Source: Klebsormidium nitens
Lineage: Eukaryota; Plantae; Klebsormidiophyceae
Reading direction: 5' to 3'
Length of the DNA stretch: 64,000 nt
Assembly: GCA_000708835.1 (NCBI GenBank)
Contig: DF237041.1
Location: 148,401-212,400 of the forward strand
In this document: positions 23,997 to 36,800 of the stretch, in pieces
Numbering within the stretch: the stretch's first letter is position 1
Layout of the letters: the number at the start of each line of letters is the position of its first letter
The notes under the pieces: model-generated
Told to the model about the DNA's origin: nothing
What the model saw: the letters and a program-made list of their open reading frames with translations, nothing else
The model's database searches: none
Program-made: the position numbers and the translations under genes

Positions 23997-26900
23997 CTAC
24001 TCTACTAGATTGGCAGGAGACCCGACTGTGGGGCTTCGAGAGCTAGACAATCCCCGCTTGCCGCCCAACTGATCCTCCTTATCTGAGCCTTCACTCCTAT
24101 CCTCCTTGCCATGATGTCGCCGGTGCTTGCGCTTCTTGCGCTCCTTGCGCCTCTTCCTCCTTGCTTCCTCGTCCTCGTCGGACGAGCCACCGGCTGCTCC
24201 TCCAACCACGGCCGCAACTCGCTCTTCTCCTACTCCATTTGCGTCAACTCCAACCCCGTGCCGCTTCCGATGCTTCCTCCTAGAGCGACCCTCCTCTTCC
24301 GAGGACGACTCCCCGTCGCCCCTCCTTTCCTTCTTCCTCTTCCGCCTCCTCTCCTTGCGACTTTCTTCACCTTCGTCTTCCGAGTAAGGCACCAACCCCT
24401 CCTTCTTCTCGCCATCGTCGTCAGTTCCGTCCGCCTTGCTCTTGCTCCGCTTGCGGCGCTTCCGCCTCTCCTTCCGCCGCTTCCGTTTCTCCCGCTCCGA
24501 ATCGACCGCCTCTCCCTCTCCGTGGCTCTCATCAGACTCCCTCAGATACGCCCTCCGATCCTCCCCCTCTTCCCTGTCCTCCAATCGCCCCTCCCGCCGC
24601 GCCTTTTCCCGCCGCTCCTCCTCCGAGTCCGGGGCCTGATAACGGCCCCCATCGTCGTCCTCGTACCTCTCCCTGCGGTAACGGTCCTCCCTGCCGTAGC
24701 GACCCTCCTCGTAAAACCGGTCCTCACGATAACGGTCCTCATAGCGCCTCCGAGAGTCGCTAAGACTACGGTGCCGCCGCCGCTCACCGCTTTCTGCAGC
24801 ATAAGCCGCGTCCTCGGACTCTCGCCGAGAACGCGGATTCTCGACCCTCTTTCTCTCGCCGTCGCTGGATCCCTCCAGCGTCATCTCCCGTTCGCTGCTC
24901 TTGCTCCTCTGCCTGCGCCGCTTGCCGTGTCGCCCCTCCCGCTCCTTGCCACGCTTTCCGTCGGCAACCGGAACCCCGTCATCGTCCTCATCAATCAGCG
25001 CCCGTTTCAGGTCCGCCAACTCCTTGCTGACCTCAGCGCTGACGGGCGGGGCCTCCTTTGCCTTGACCAGGCCCTGCTGCACGTCCGCTGCGCTCAAGCC
25101 CCCTCCATTCTCCACTTCGCTCTGCTGAACCAGCCCCCCTACAGGGCCCGAACCCTCCTTCAGGCCACCTGGCACACCGGGCACCTCTTCTGGCTCCTTC
25201 TCCTGGGGCTTTTTCACAGCGTCAGCGGGCTTGGGCGAGTTCTCGGCGGACTTGTTCACACCGCCCAGCTTGAAGCTGATGCCCCCGCTCACTTTGACCC
25301 CCTTCCGCGCAATCGGCTTCATGGCCCCCTTTGGCGCCACGAAAGGCAGCTTCCCGCCCAAAACCCCAAACTCCACTTCCTCTTCGTCTTCCTCTCTCTT
25401 CCGAACGCTCGGCAGCGGGGGCATGTCGTCATCGTCGGACAAACCCCCCAGCTTCGGGGGTGCCTTCGCGGCGGGGACTGCCGCTTTCTTGACGCTGACC
25501 TCAGCACTCGCCGCAGGGAGCGCCGGCCCCTTCCCGCTGACGTCAGCAGAGCTGTGCGCCCTCCCGTCCTTTTGCGAGGCGGCTGCTCCGGTCCCAGATA
25601 TTCCAGGCACTTGCGCTGGGGCTGCGGCTTTCTCTGCTTCGTCAACCAGGGGCGTTTTAGCCGAGACTGCGTTGGTGGTTAAGGCAGGTTCCGCAACGTC
25701 CCTAGAAGCGGTTCTGCCGCCCTCAGCAGCAGAACCGTCAGCTTTTGTCCCGTTCTCGAGGTGAAGGCCTCCTCCCAAAACATCACTTCGCTTGCCGGCA
25801 GAAGCCCAACCAAAACCCAGCTTTTCCTCCTCAACCTCTGCACCCCCCGTGTTCACAGCGCCCACTCTCACAGACTGCGTCGCGATGCCCTGCCCTTCGG
25901 GGAACTGAGCTCCACCGCCCCCCTTCTGAACAGCTTTCTCCGGTCCGTTCACGCCCGCCAACCCCGGCATTCCGGGCGCCTTGGAAGGGCTTTCCTTGCC
26001 GTTTGGGACTCCGACCTCCTTAGCTGGCCGCTCCGTTTCCTCGACAGATCCCCTGTCAGCGTGTCCAAGCCCCGGCTGTTCTGGGGGCTGTCCTGAAGCA
26101 TCTGAACGGGGAAGAACCAAACCGCCCACTTGGGTTTCTGAGCCCATCTGCTTTTGTACGCCGATCAAATTTACGGTCGCCCCTCCAAATATCGCCTCGG
26201 AGGATTCAACGTCCTTCTTCTCTGGCCTCGGCCCGCTCTCGGTCTCCTCCGTACCTCCAGCATCTTGCCCAATAATGCCTAGCGTTTCCTTCCGCCCCTC
26301 CCCCTTCTGCCCCGAAACCTCAAACCCCTTTCCCTCTCCTTGCGCATCACCCCCCTGTTTCCTCTGGTTCCCAAACCCCTCCCCCTGCTCCTGCTTCTCA
26401 AACCCCACCTCTTTCTCCTGTTTCTGAAACCCCCCCTCTTCCTCCTGCTTCTTTAAACCCCCCTCTTTCTCCTGCTTCTCAAACCCCCCCTCTCTCTCCT
26501 GCTTCTCAAACCCCCCCGGCGCAGGGGGCGACACCAGCCCCGCTTCTCTCTTCGCCGATTCCGCGCGCCTCTCCCGCATGCTCCGCTCCACGGCCGCTCG
26601 CAGCGCCCGCTCGATCGCCCCCGGAGACTCCTCTCTTTTCGGCGCTTCCTTGCCGGTTTTCCCTGCACCTTTCTTTCCCGCCGCTTTGGGCGTCCTCGCC
26701 CCGGCTTCTTTTGGCGCTTTCGCTGCGGGCTCAGCGAACTCGCCGCCACCTCTCTTCCCCGCTGGCCCCCTTCCTCCTTCGCTCTTTGTCTGGGGCGACT
26801 TCATTTCTGGCTCCTCAACATTTCGCTCCCCTCCCTTCCCTTCCTCCAACTTCGGCACTGCAACCCTCGACGCTTCCAAAACCGCCTGCCCCTTCCTCTC

Positions 26901-29900
26901 GTCCTTATCATCGGTCTCCGATTTCCTCTTCACCGCTCCAGAATCGCGTCCCGGATCCCTCCCTTCTGGACGGTCCTCCCCTCTTTCTTCCCTCTCAGAA
27001 GCCCTTTTCTCAGCAACACCATCCCTCCGTCTCAGGTTCGGTTCCGCCGAGAGACTCCTCAGACGTGTGCTCCGTTCCGGCGTCCGACTCCTTCTCTTCC
27101 CCACGGGAGACTTCAGATCCTTTTCATCGCCACCCCCCCTTGATCGCTTCGACTCCCGGCTTGGAGATCGTTTCCTCTCATCTCTCCCCCCCCTGCTTGG
27201 AGACTCCCTCCTTTCCCCTCGGCTCCCTGACCGTTTTCTCTCCTCCCTTCCCCCACGGGACCGCAAGACCGAGCGGTCCCTGCGCGGACGACTCGGCGAC
27301 CGGTCCCGCCTCGACCGATCGTCCCGCGAGCGAGGTGGATCCCTCGAGCGGTACCGTGAACTGCGGCGATCGCGCGAAGGGCTGCGGCTGTGCCGGCGGC
27401 GGGAGCTGCGGTCGTTGGAGCGGTAACGGCGCCGGTCGCGATCCCGATCGGGCTCGTCCCGACGATCACGGTCACGGTCGCGGGCGCGGCGCGAGTCGAG
27501 ACGGTCCCGAGAGTGGTAGCGCCGGCTCTCATACCTGTAACAACAATTCGGTTAATAAGTGACGGTACTTGAGTGACAATCCGTTGTGAGCTAACAAAAG
27601 CACAACACGCCCAACAGATAGTACTCAAGCGGATAATAAGTGCTTCATGAAGCTTAAGCGAAGCATTGGCAAAGCATCAGTAGATAAACCAGTAGATAGA
27701 CCAACTGGGTGTTTTCTGAAATATTGCTTACCAACCATCTCCATGGCAGTACCATTTGCAAATCCTACACCGTCACCAAAAGCCAACACTCAAAAGCTTC
27801 TTTTCGTGCTTTCGATAACCAATTCAGCTGCTCAGAGATCGCCAACCAAAACCATATACTCACCTATCTCTGCTCTTCTCTCGCCTGCCGTCCCGTCCAT
27901 ATCGAGGGGGTGACCTGCTAGGGTACCGCCGCCGCCTGGGAGAGGGGGACCTCATTCGGGGGGGTGGCGAGTAGCTCTTCAAAGAGCGGGGCGAATTACC
28001 CCTGCAAAACAAGGGATGCGTTCAGCAGGTATACACGCTGGCCTGCCGAGGAACAGCTTTTCAAGAACTTGCGAAGGCATGTTTTGTTGGACTACCCAAC
28101 GAAATGATCCGTCTCGAATAATGCAGAAGCAAAACTTCCATGCTTTCACATTTCCGCTCTGTTTACCAAGAGTCTGTGAAGTGCAAATTGGATTCTCGCA
28201 ATCAAGCTGCTCTGCATCAGCCTGGATATCCGTCAAAGAGCAATTTGAATATCGCTCTGCAAACGGATTTATTGTTTTGTGACAGCAAATTTGCTTGAGA
28301 AGAAATGCAAGAAGCGCGGACGACCTCAGCGAATAAGCATTTCCAAGGCCGGGTCGTCCGCGAATGACGACAACTATTTGCCCAGCTTCGATGAATAAAG
28401 TATAGGTTACGTCCAGAGCCTCCGACACAGTTTCGAATCGACGAAAGATCATGTGCAATGCAACAGACTACAAACAACTCAGACATATGCCGCATACTAC
28501 AAACAACTCAAACACATGCCGCATTCCCATGCTCACAAAGTAAGAAGCACATATACTACAACTGCACACACCGTCAAATCACAAGGAGAGAACCGTTGCA
28601 CATGAGAAAGGAGATAATCAGTCCCTTAAGCACAACTCACCGCTCCCGGTCCGAATCGTCTCCTCCCCCGCCCCCCAGCGCCTTCAGCTGCTTGCTGAGC
28701 TCCAGTGCGCGCGCCTTGGCCATGTCAGCGGCCATCTTGGCGGGGTTGCGCGCAGCCGCCATCTGCTGCGCCGCTAGGGTCTGTTGCGCGAGCGCCTGCT
28801 GGTACTGCATCTGCTGCAGCTGGATGGCCTGGAAACGAGCGCGAGGATGCACGTGAATATACGGAATAGTGACGCTTCCAAAAGGACATTCAGCAGCTTT
28901 TTGCAGCCTGGTAGAAGAAGCGACGACTTCGAACTCAAGCGTGTATCGAGGTGCCGACCAGAAAGACCACCCTCCTTAAAGTGGCACACAACACTCAAAA
29001 ATGGACTTTGGCCTTCATTCTAACTGGTTTAATTCCTTCCGATTGCCCCTTCTTACTTTGTGAAACGCGAGACTCACTAACTCCCGTCGTCACTTCTTAC
29101 TTTGTGAGACGCAGGACTCACTAACTTCTGTCAGCTTTGACGATTTCGGTAGGTCTTTACCAAGCCAACAACTACTCTTCCCCTGCCTCTCCTCGAGTTG
29201 CATCGCACGAACGCAGTTGACAGGACCTCCTCGTACGCGGAGGCAAACTTTTCAAAGGGCAAGCGAACCTCGCTCAAACGAAAGACTGCGATACAGGATA
29301 CCATGCAGCTTTTGCTACTCTGAACCAATCACCTTAATGCACCATCCCAAGCGCACGGGGCGGAGCCTGGCCCCGGCACTTCCCTAGTCCCGTGAGGGTG
29401 GCCCCCTGCACACAGCAACATGATGACAGGGGTCGGACACAGCAGTCCACGCCCTCGATTGATCAAAACCTGAGTACCTTTGGTACCACTGACCTCGCTA
29501 TCTCACCCCAATGAGAGACCTTCGGATGGCACCCCTTTGTCAAAAACAGCAAAACCGCAGGCCACATGAGTCCAAAGTCGGACGCGTGGGCCGCCTGTCG
29601 GAAGGACCCCCCTCGCAGACTATCTGACGCAGAAATGCTTGCCGCCTCCTGAAAATGATTAATACCCAGGAACCAATTGAAGCCCGTAAACAAAAGAGGA
29701 GGGGGGAAAGTGGCAACCGCAACACACCTGCTGCATCAGCTGGAGGGACGACGCGATACCCCCCGGGTCCTTCTTGCTCTTCTTCTTGAGCACCAGCTTC
29801 GTGTGCTCCACTTGCACTTCACGATCCCCGACCGCGATCCCGTTCAACTGCAGCGCCGCCGTCGCCTCTTCGGGCTTCTCAAACTCGACATATGCCTCGC

Positions 29901-31731
29901 CGTCAGCGATCGAGCACTCGACCACTTTGCCGCAGTAACCAAAAAGCTGGCGGACTTGCTCGGCGTTCACGGAGGGGCTGAGATTGCGGACTTTCAGCGC
30001 ACGCGGCTCGTCCAGGAACGGGTTGGCGTCGTTCTCGTCGTCCTCGTCAGCATCGTCCTGGCCGGCGGTTGCGGCCATCGCAACTTGGATGACGCGCTGG
30101 AGGGCCTGCAGGCGCGTAGCGGAATCGTGATGAGATGCTTGTGATCAACATCAGACTTCCTTTCGTTGCTTTGACGCTTTTCCAAGTTTGGCTGAACCTG
30201 TTGCAGAAAGGAGAAGTGCTTGCAATCATCGGACTTACTGCAAGTACACTGCATGCACGTCTTGAATACAAATCGGCAAACACTGTTTGGATAGAAAGCG
30301 AGACACAAAGGTCCAGTGATGACAGAAGTGCAGATCTGCCAGGATCAAGATCAGAAGGCTACTCAACTCACTTGCAAAACACAAAGAATATATGTAACAT
30401 TCAAAGTGCAATTGAGAATACCTCGCGAGCCAATTTTGGCAGCAAAAGTCACGTTCTGCCACCAAGTAGCATGTACAGATCTACCATTAAAGGTCATTCA
30501 CTTCTTTTGTGCATGTTCAGAGCGACATCCAACTTGAAAGAGACATGACTGGAGCAAACCCTAGTTCCACCACATAATCAAAGCTCTAATAAGAAAGAGA
30601 TGCAGACAACTGGAGCAATATATCCACACAAAAGCAATTGTCAACCGGCGAACATAAGTGCAAAAGCAAAACAAATGTAACAAATGAAGCAGGCCATGGG
30701 ATATGCTTGTTCTCAACCGCGCAGCTGCAATACATAAAAGCACTTTGGCACCCTTGAAACACACACCTCTGAAAGCAGATATAATAAATCAGAGCGTATC
30801 ATGTCAACAGATGAATAAATCGTACCTGCGCAGCTGCGATGCTCTGCGCTGCCGCCATAGCCGCCGCAGACGGCGCCATCGGCATGCTCGTGAGCGACCC
30901 CATGTTCGCACCAGATGCGAACGCCGTCATTAGCTGCTGCAGCGTCGGATGCGCATATCTGCAGGGCGTGTTCTTGCACTTCCCGTCCAGGTACATCCTG
31001 CACACCTCACCTAGCTGCGCCCCTACCCCAGGAAGCACTGCACCCCCAGTAGGCCCTGGTAGGATCCCAGGCAGATTTCCCAACCCTGCCGGCAGACTCA
31101 AACCTGTCGGCACAGAGATCTGCAGGGCCCCCGAGGCTAGGAGCCCTGCTTGGCCTGGAAGGACTCCACCTCCACCAACGGGGGTTGCGGTCGCTGCCTG
31201 GAGAGGGGGGGGGGAAGCCACCGCTTGCGCTCCAAAGAAAACGGGGATCGGGCTACCCGAGATGTGCCTCCCATTGACCTCCACACTGACCATGTAGTTC
31301 CCCCTGTTGTAAACCGTGTAGCTCGTGACATATGTTCCATCATTCTGGTCAACAACTGGAGGCTCTAACATTGGCCCTGCGACCCCAAACCCAGGGGCGA
31401 CCTGGACCTTAACTTGAGCACCCCCCCAAGAAAGCCTCCGGCCATCCGGATCTTTGGCAGTCACGATAATGGTTGCAGCCGCAGACAGCACCCCTCCCCC
31501 AACACCTGTTCCGGTTGCTGTGCATTTGCTGGGGTCAATTGGGCCAATAGGCTTAGAAGAAAGGTCGTGCTCTCCGTCCTCGTCTGATGATTCATTACCA
31601 CTAAGGTTTGGGTCCACGTCCGCAAACGTCGCCTCAAAGGCCTGCTTGAAGGCCAACTGCTTGCCCTCCTCCTCCTTGAGCGCCTTTGCTTCTTGGGCGC
31701 GGGCCCAAGCAGGCTTCGGAGGGCTCGCCAT
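23997..31731 (-). CDS. Filamin-repeat + CCCH zinc finger + RRM protein with long RS/RD/charged C-terminus (SR-related, similar in architecture to Arabidopsis AT3G23900); exons 31731-30826, 30105-29728, 28828-28641, 28001-27864, 27534-23997; about 1715 aa
   Basis: Filamin-like PIDPSKCTATGTG...IVTAKDPDGRRLSWGG...DQNDGTYVTSYTV...G.YMVSVEVNGRHISGSP; CCCH VCRMYLDGKCKNTPCRYAHP; RRM LKVRNLSPSVNAEQVRQLFGYCGKVVEC...AYVEF; RS/RD dipeptides. Exon phases are consistent. Confidence 0.9.
26355..26517 (-). repeat. About six 27-bp coding repeats (GGFEKQERE-type nonapeptide)
   Basis: GGFEKQERE GGFEKQEKE GGLKKQEEE GGFQKQEKE VGFEKQEQG EGFGNQRKQ within the terminal exon. Confidence 0.85.
29049..29132. repeat. 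Intronic 44-bp-period tandem duplication carrying donor-like motifs
   Basis: cttcttactttgtgaaacgcgagactcactaactcccgtc vs cttcttactttgtgagacgcaggactcactaacttctgtc (35/40); on the gene's sense strand each unit has GTGAGT and GTAAGA. Confidence 0.8.
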
Positions 31732-32290
31732 CAAGCTCCTCTAACCCTGCTTTATTCCTGCTTTATTCACAGCACACACCAGATCTCATGCAATCAAACC
31801 GCAGCAGACCAAATACCGCAACATCTCATAGATCTGTGACGCTTGCCCGTTCAAGTCTTCGAGAAAGTCTCTCGCTGGACCCAGTACTTCCTGCCAATCT
31901 GTTCCGCCCTCTCCTGCAGATTGTCTACTTGCAACTTCAACACTGTGGCAGATCCATCTCAGGCATCAGGAGAGACGCCCCTATCAGCGCGTCTCCAGCG
32001 CGTCAATGAGCCGCGTCAGCTGGGCGCCGTGCAGGCGAAGACATATTTTAGCCCCTACTTTTGAGTCGTGGTACGGGCTCACCTGGGCCCACCGTGGGAT
32101 GGGCAGGTCCTGAATGGAATCGGACGGGACGACAGTATCGAACGGCTCATCGCAATCGTTGGTTGCCGGTGACGGCCCAGATTTGAAACCGCAAATGTGC
32201 CCAAAGTTGGCCTCTTATCTCTTGAAGTTGGAGTCTGCTGGCAGAGAAGATGATGGCTGTGCGAGTTGCATTCACTTTCACTGTCAGGAA

Positions 32291-33181
32291 TCAGGAGACA
32301 TTACTTCCTGAGATATTTGCATGGCGCCCTTCTTCCTGAGCCTGAGGCTTCGAAGTGCTTTGGTTTTGGTTTGGGCACGCCGCTAAAAACTGATCTGCAA
32401 GCTTGAAAGTAGGCAGGCTCCGGGTTTTGCCTGTCTTCAAGCTTAGAGCTTCGGGGTCTTTGACGTGACTAAAATCATCCGAAGTGACGGTCCCGGTGAC
32501 GGTCGTTGCATCACAGAAAGTCCTGCGCAGCACATTCAGTTTTCAGAGGGCCTCCAAGATCTCACTCTGCAGGAGTTGTTTTCTTTGGTGGGGAACCATA
32601 GACCAACAGAGCCAGCATTTTAAATCTTTCTTGAAAGAGGGCTGCGGAGGCCTACAGTTACAAGGGTGTGGGTAATGGTAAAAGCTCGGGTCGTCCAAGG
32701 GCCGTCGTCGTAAAAGCTCAGGTGTGAAAGAGGTGAGAATAAACTTTTCGATGCAATTTTACTTGCTCTTGAGAAATTTCCCACTTTCATGGAAATATAC
32801 AAGCAAGCTTCTGGGTAATATATGAGTTGTTTATATGCTGTTCTCATCAGCGGGTCTTTGATCTGCGCCACTTTGTTTTGGGTCTTTGGATCCGTGCCAA
32901 TCAGACAAATTGGGTCGGCCAAACTCATGGACCTGGGGGGCGGGGGACAGACACAGAGAGAGCAACATTGAGAGAGCAATACAGCACTTGTGTCTCTTGG
33001 TTTCTGCGACGGTGAAGAACTGTGCAATGTGCCGTGATTTGTGGACCATCTGCACGTTTTCATCAGAACACAGTGCAAGGTTCTTTGGCCCCAATTCCTT
33101 GGATGCTGAAGCAGCGTTTTCTGGTGGTTCATCCGTTTGTGTTTGCTGGTACTTAGTCTCATTGCAGTTGATTGTCACCAA
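32291..33181 (-). pseudogene. Decayed intron-less ORF relic between two divergent genes
   Basis: ORFs 32831-33181 and 32291-32533 are in one frame; 3 internal stops in 297 codons; contains HYPHPCNC...KCWLCW. Confidence 0.4.
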
Positions 33182-33849
33182 AGCGCTGCCCCTTAGGTTT
33201 TCAAAAGGAGTGCATCAACTCTGAAGCAAGGGTTTTGAAGGGCCTGCCTTATGGTGCTGTTCATTGTCTGTGCCTAAGTCACTAAAGTGAAAACAGGTCA
33301 GGTCTTTTAAAAGCAAAAGGGGCATTTAACTTTATCACTGGCCGAAAGCCCCTCATCTTCCCATGACCTAAATAGAGGTAACTTCCCAGCTTACACGCTT
33401 ACACCGATTGCTCTGAGGGGCACCGATAAGGAGCCTGGTCATTCTATTGGCTTTCGAACATCAAATCACACCGGTGCCCTTGCGTTTCTGGCAAGACCTC
33501 ACAGCTTTAAGCTCAGGGTTGCTAAAGCATCCATGTCATGAAGGTTTTTTGTTGCACTCGGGGCATTGTATTCTGAAGTTCCGGCATCAATTCACTTCTG
33601 CAGTCTACCCGCTTAAGAGCTGACTCCTTGTTACTAAGAAGGTCCTTCTTTGCCTCACTTGTGTTAAGTCATAATGAATGAACGCCCACGCAGCTCCTTA
33701 TGACGTCGTAGCAGCCCCATGCTTCTGATCAGCGCGAGTTTCTCTATGAGAAACCAACATCTTAACGCTTGGATGTTTTCTGGAAGACTTTCGATCTTGT
33801 CCCTTGTTCTGAATTTGCCTTGTCTCCCCCAAGCAGATCGCCGCTCACC

Positions 33850-36800
33850 ATGGCTGCGGCGGACGGCGCATACTCCACGGCCACCGCCAACCGCGAGGAG
33901 GCCGCGCGGGCGCGCGAGATCGCGCTGCAAAAGATGGCGGAGAAGGACTGGGAGGGCGCCAAGCGCATCTGGCTCAAGGCACAGCGCCTCTGCCCCGACT
34001 TGGACGGGATTGCGAGCGGGATCGCGGTGGCGGAGGTGCACATCGTTGCGAACGGAACGGTGTACACGTCGCCGCACAAAGAAGTCACCAGGGACTACTA
34101 TGGGATCCTGGATGTCAGGCCTGATGTGGGCCGGCCGGCGCTGATGCAGCAGTACAAGAAGCGGGCGTTCCAGCTGCATCCGGACAAGAACCAGGTGGGA
34201 GGGGCGTGGAGTTTGGAATATGTTAAGGACATTTTGTGAAGTTGGGGGGAGGCATTTTGGGGGATCTTGCGGGCACTTCTTGAAGACAAACGGAATGGTT
34301 CAGTCTCATTTTGTAGGATGGTGGTGAGGTTTGTCGATTGCGCTTGGACTCATAGGCAGTTGCTCATCCTCTGCAAAGGCGCAAGGTCTTGGGTCAAGGG
34401 AGGAGTATCTTTTTGGGTGGTGATCAGCAGTTTCTACAATTCCAGTTCTGACAGAATTTTAAAAACCAGGGAAAAGATGGCGATCTTCCATCAATGAAGT
34501 CATTGTTGTATATGGAGCCTATAAGACCCAAGAGCGATTCATTTACTATCTTGGGCTTTCGTTGATGGTTGTATGGATTTTGGTCGATCAATCGATCGCT
34601 ACTTGAACAAGAGGCTACAAATTCTGTTTGCTTTGCGTAAGATGAAAAATTTTGCTTCTCACCTCGCGTCTTTGGGCGTACTTTTGAGTGGATGAGTTCC
34701 TCACAATGAAGAACAAACTTTTGCACTCTCAACGTATTTCTGGGGCTTTTCACAACCTTAAAGTGCATCACATCGACAACCGCTAGCCTTCGGTTGGAAA
34801 GTCTACTGAGCTGAGTGTAACAAAATCACAAGTGGGAGCCGATTTATCTGGAGCAGTATCTTATCCTATTACCTGCATGTACAAACTTGCTTCATTTTGA
34901 AGTAAGCAGGATTGAAGTTAGGCGCAAACTTTCCCTCAAGAACCTGACCGCTGTTTGGTTCTGGGCGCCAAGCTGCATTAATGTCCTTCCGTCAAATACA
35001 TATGAAATTTTCTGCATCACCCTGACACCAGATAATCTGCTTCGCAGCAACCGGGCGCCGAGGCCGCTTTCAAGATCCTGGGGGAGGCGTACGAGACCCT
35101 GAAGGACGAGCAGAAGCGCTCAAAGTACGACCGGCAGCGCTCGGCGCGGCTGGCCTCGCAAAGCCTCGCCCGCAACGGCAGTCAGCAAGCCCGTCGGGGC
35201 CCCGGAGGCGTGCACCCCCAGAACCGGGGGCCATATGCCCAAACTTTCGGGGGGCAAACCTGGCAAACCTTTTTTGCCGGGGAGGGCGGTTTCCCACAGC
35301 AGCAAGCGCACGCGCGGGGTGGCACACAGCCCGGATACCCAGTGAACGGGCATGCGGGGACCGTTCCCCAAGCGCCTTTTGCAGCCAATCAGGCGGGGGT
35401 GCCTCAGCAACGGCCGGCATCGGCTTCGCAATACGCGCAGAGGCCCCCAGCTGCGCAACAGCCGGGCGGTCCGGCGGCCCGGGGGGGTGTGCAACCGGGG
35501 GGCAATAACCTGGGGGCTCAGCCGGGTGCTTATGTCCGCCAAGCGGGTCAACCGGCGGCGTTTGTCCAGCAACAAGGCGCTAACCAAAGGGTTCCGGGGA
35601 GTACGGCGGGGGCGCCTGCCGGCCAGCATGCCAGTGGGATTCAACCGGGCGTTCAAACGGGTCAACCGAGGGTTTCCTCCAGCCAGCAGGGGGTTCCGGC
35701 GGGGCAACCGAGAGCTTATGGGGGTCAGATGGGGGCTTATACCAACCAACAGGCTGCACAAACCGGTCAGCCGGGGGTGTACACCACTCAACCGGGGGTG
35801 ACAGTTAATCCAGGGGCGCAAACGGGTCTACCGGAAGTGCGTTTCAACGTGTCGGGGGTTCCTGTTAGCGAGCCAAGGATATCCGTACAACAGCAGGGGG
35901 CATCCGCGGGCCAACCGAGGGCGTATGCGGGGCAACCGGGCGCGCAAGCAAGCCAACCTGCCGGGTTTGCCCCTCAGTCCGGTCAGCAGAGGGGTTATAC
36001 CGAGCACTACGGGGCGGGCGCATCTGCAAGCCAGCCGGGAATCCAAACTGGTCAACCGCGGCCTTATACTGGGGCTCCGGGCAGCCAACCTAGCGCTTAT
36101 GCCCCCCAACCCGGGGCGCCGACGAATCAATCGAGGCCTTATGCAGGCCAGCAGGGCGCTTATATTCCTCAACAGGGGGTTCCAACCAGTCAACCGGGGG
36201 CGTATGCCGCTCCAGGGGCGGCTGCGCCCTTCCCGCCACAGCCCTCAGGCGCCCGGGGGATCCCCCCAGGGACCAATACAGCGTTCCAGCCATCTGGGCA
36301 GCGGCCAGGGGGGCCGTTTCCAGGGCCCAAGGCATGCCCCGCAGGTCGATTCATCTGCAAGTGCCCGTCGTGCTTTCAGAGGTACACTTTTCCGGTCGAG
36401 AGCATGGGCAAGTATGTGTACTGCAAGTGCCGGGCGAGGATCATGGCGGTGAAGGAGGCGCCAGGTGGCGGCGCGTCAGGGGCCCACCTCGCAGGTGAGA
36501 GCGGTGTCGATTTATCGTTGATCACCCTCCCTTAAAGGTGAAGACTTGGCCGTGTTAGGTATCAGGAACTCCAGGATTAGTTTCAAGTTTCAAGCAGACG
36601 AGAGTCAGTGATTCCGTTTTTGTTGGGGCCTAAGGAGTAAGTTCTTCTAAAGATTGCTGAAAGTGCGGGGCTCATGAATTGAGGTGTATTTGGTAGGGGT
36701 GCGCTGCATTTATTAGCCTCTCAGTAAGGGCGTGCAACTCAGGGGCTCTCATGTTTTCAGAGCGTCATGCTTTTGCCAGAAGTGTGTGCTTGTCGAGAGC

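Noticed and set aside
24111-25682. 523-aa plus-strand ORF and other long ORFs antisense to the RRM gene (26578-27426, 26711-27562)
   Set aside because: Shadow ORFs of GC-rich, low-complexity coding sequence on the opposite strand; L/P/F/S-rich mirror composition and no domain.
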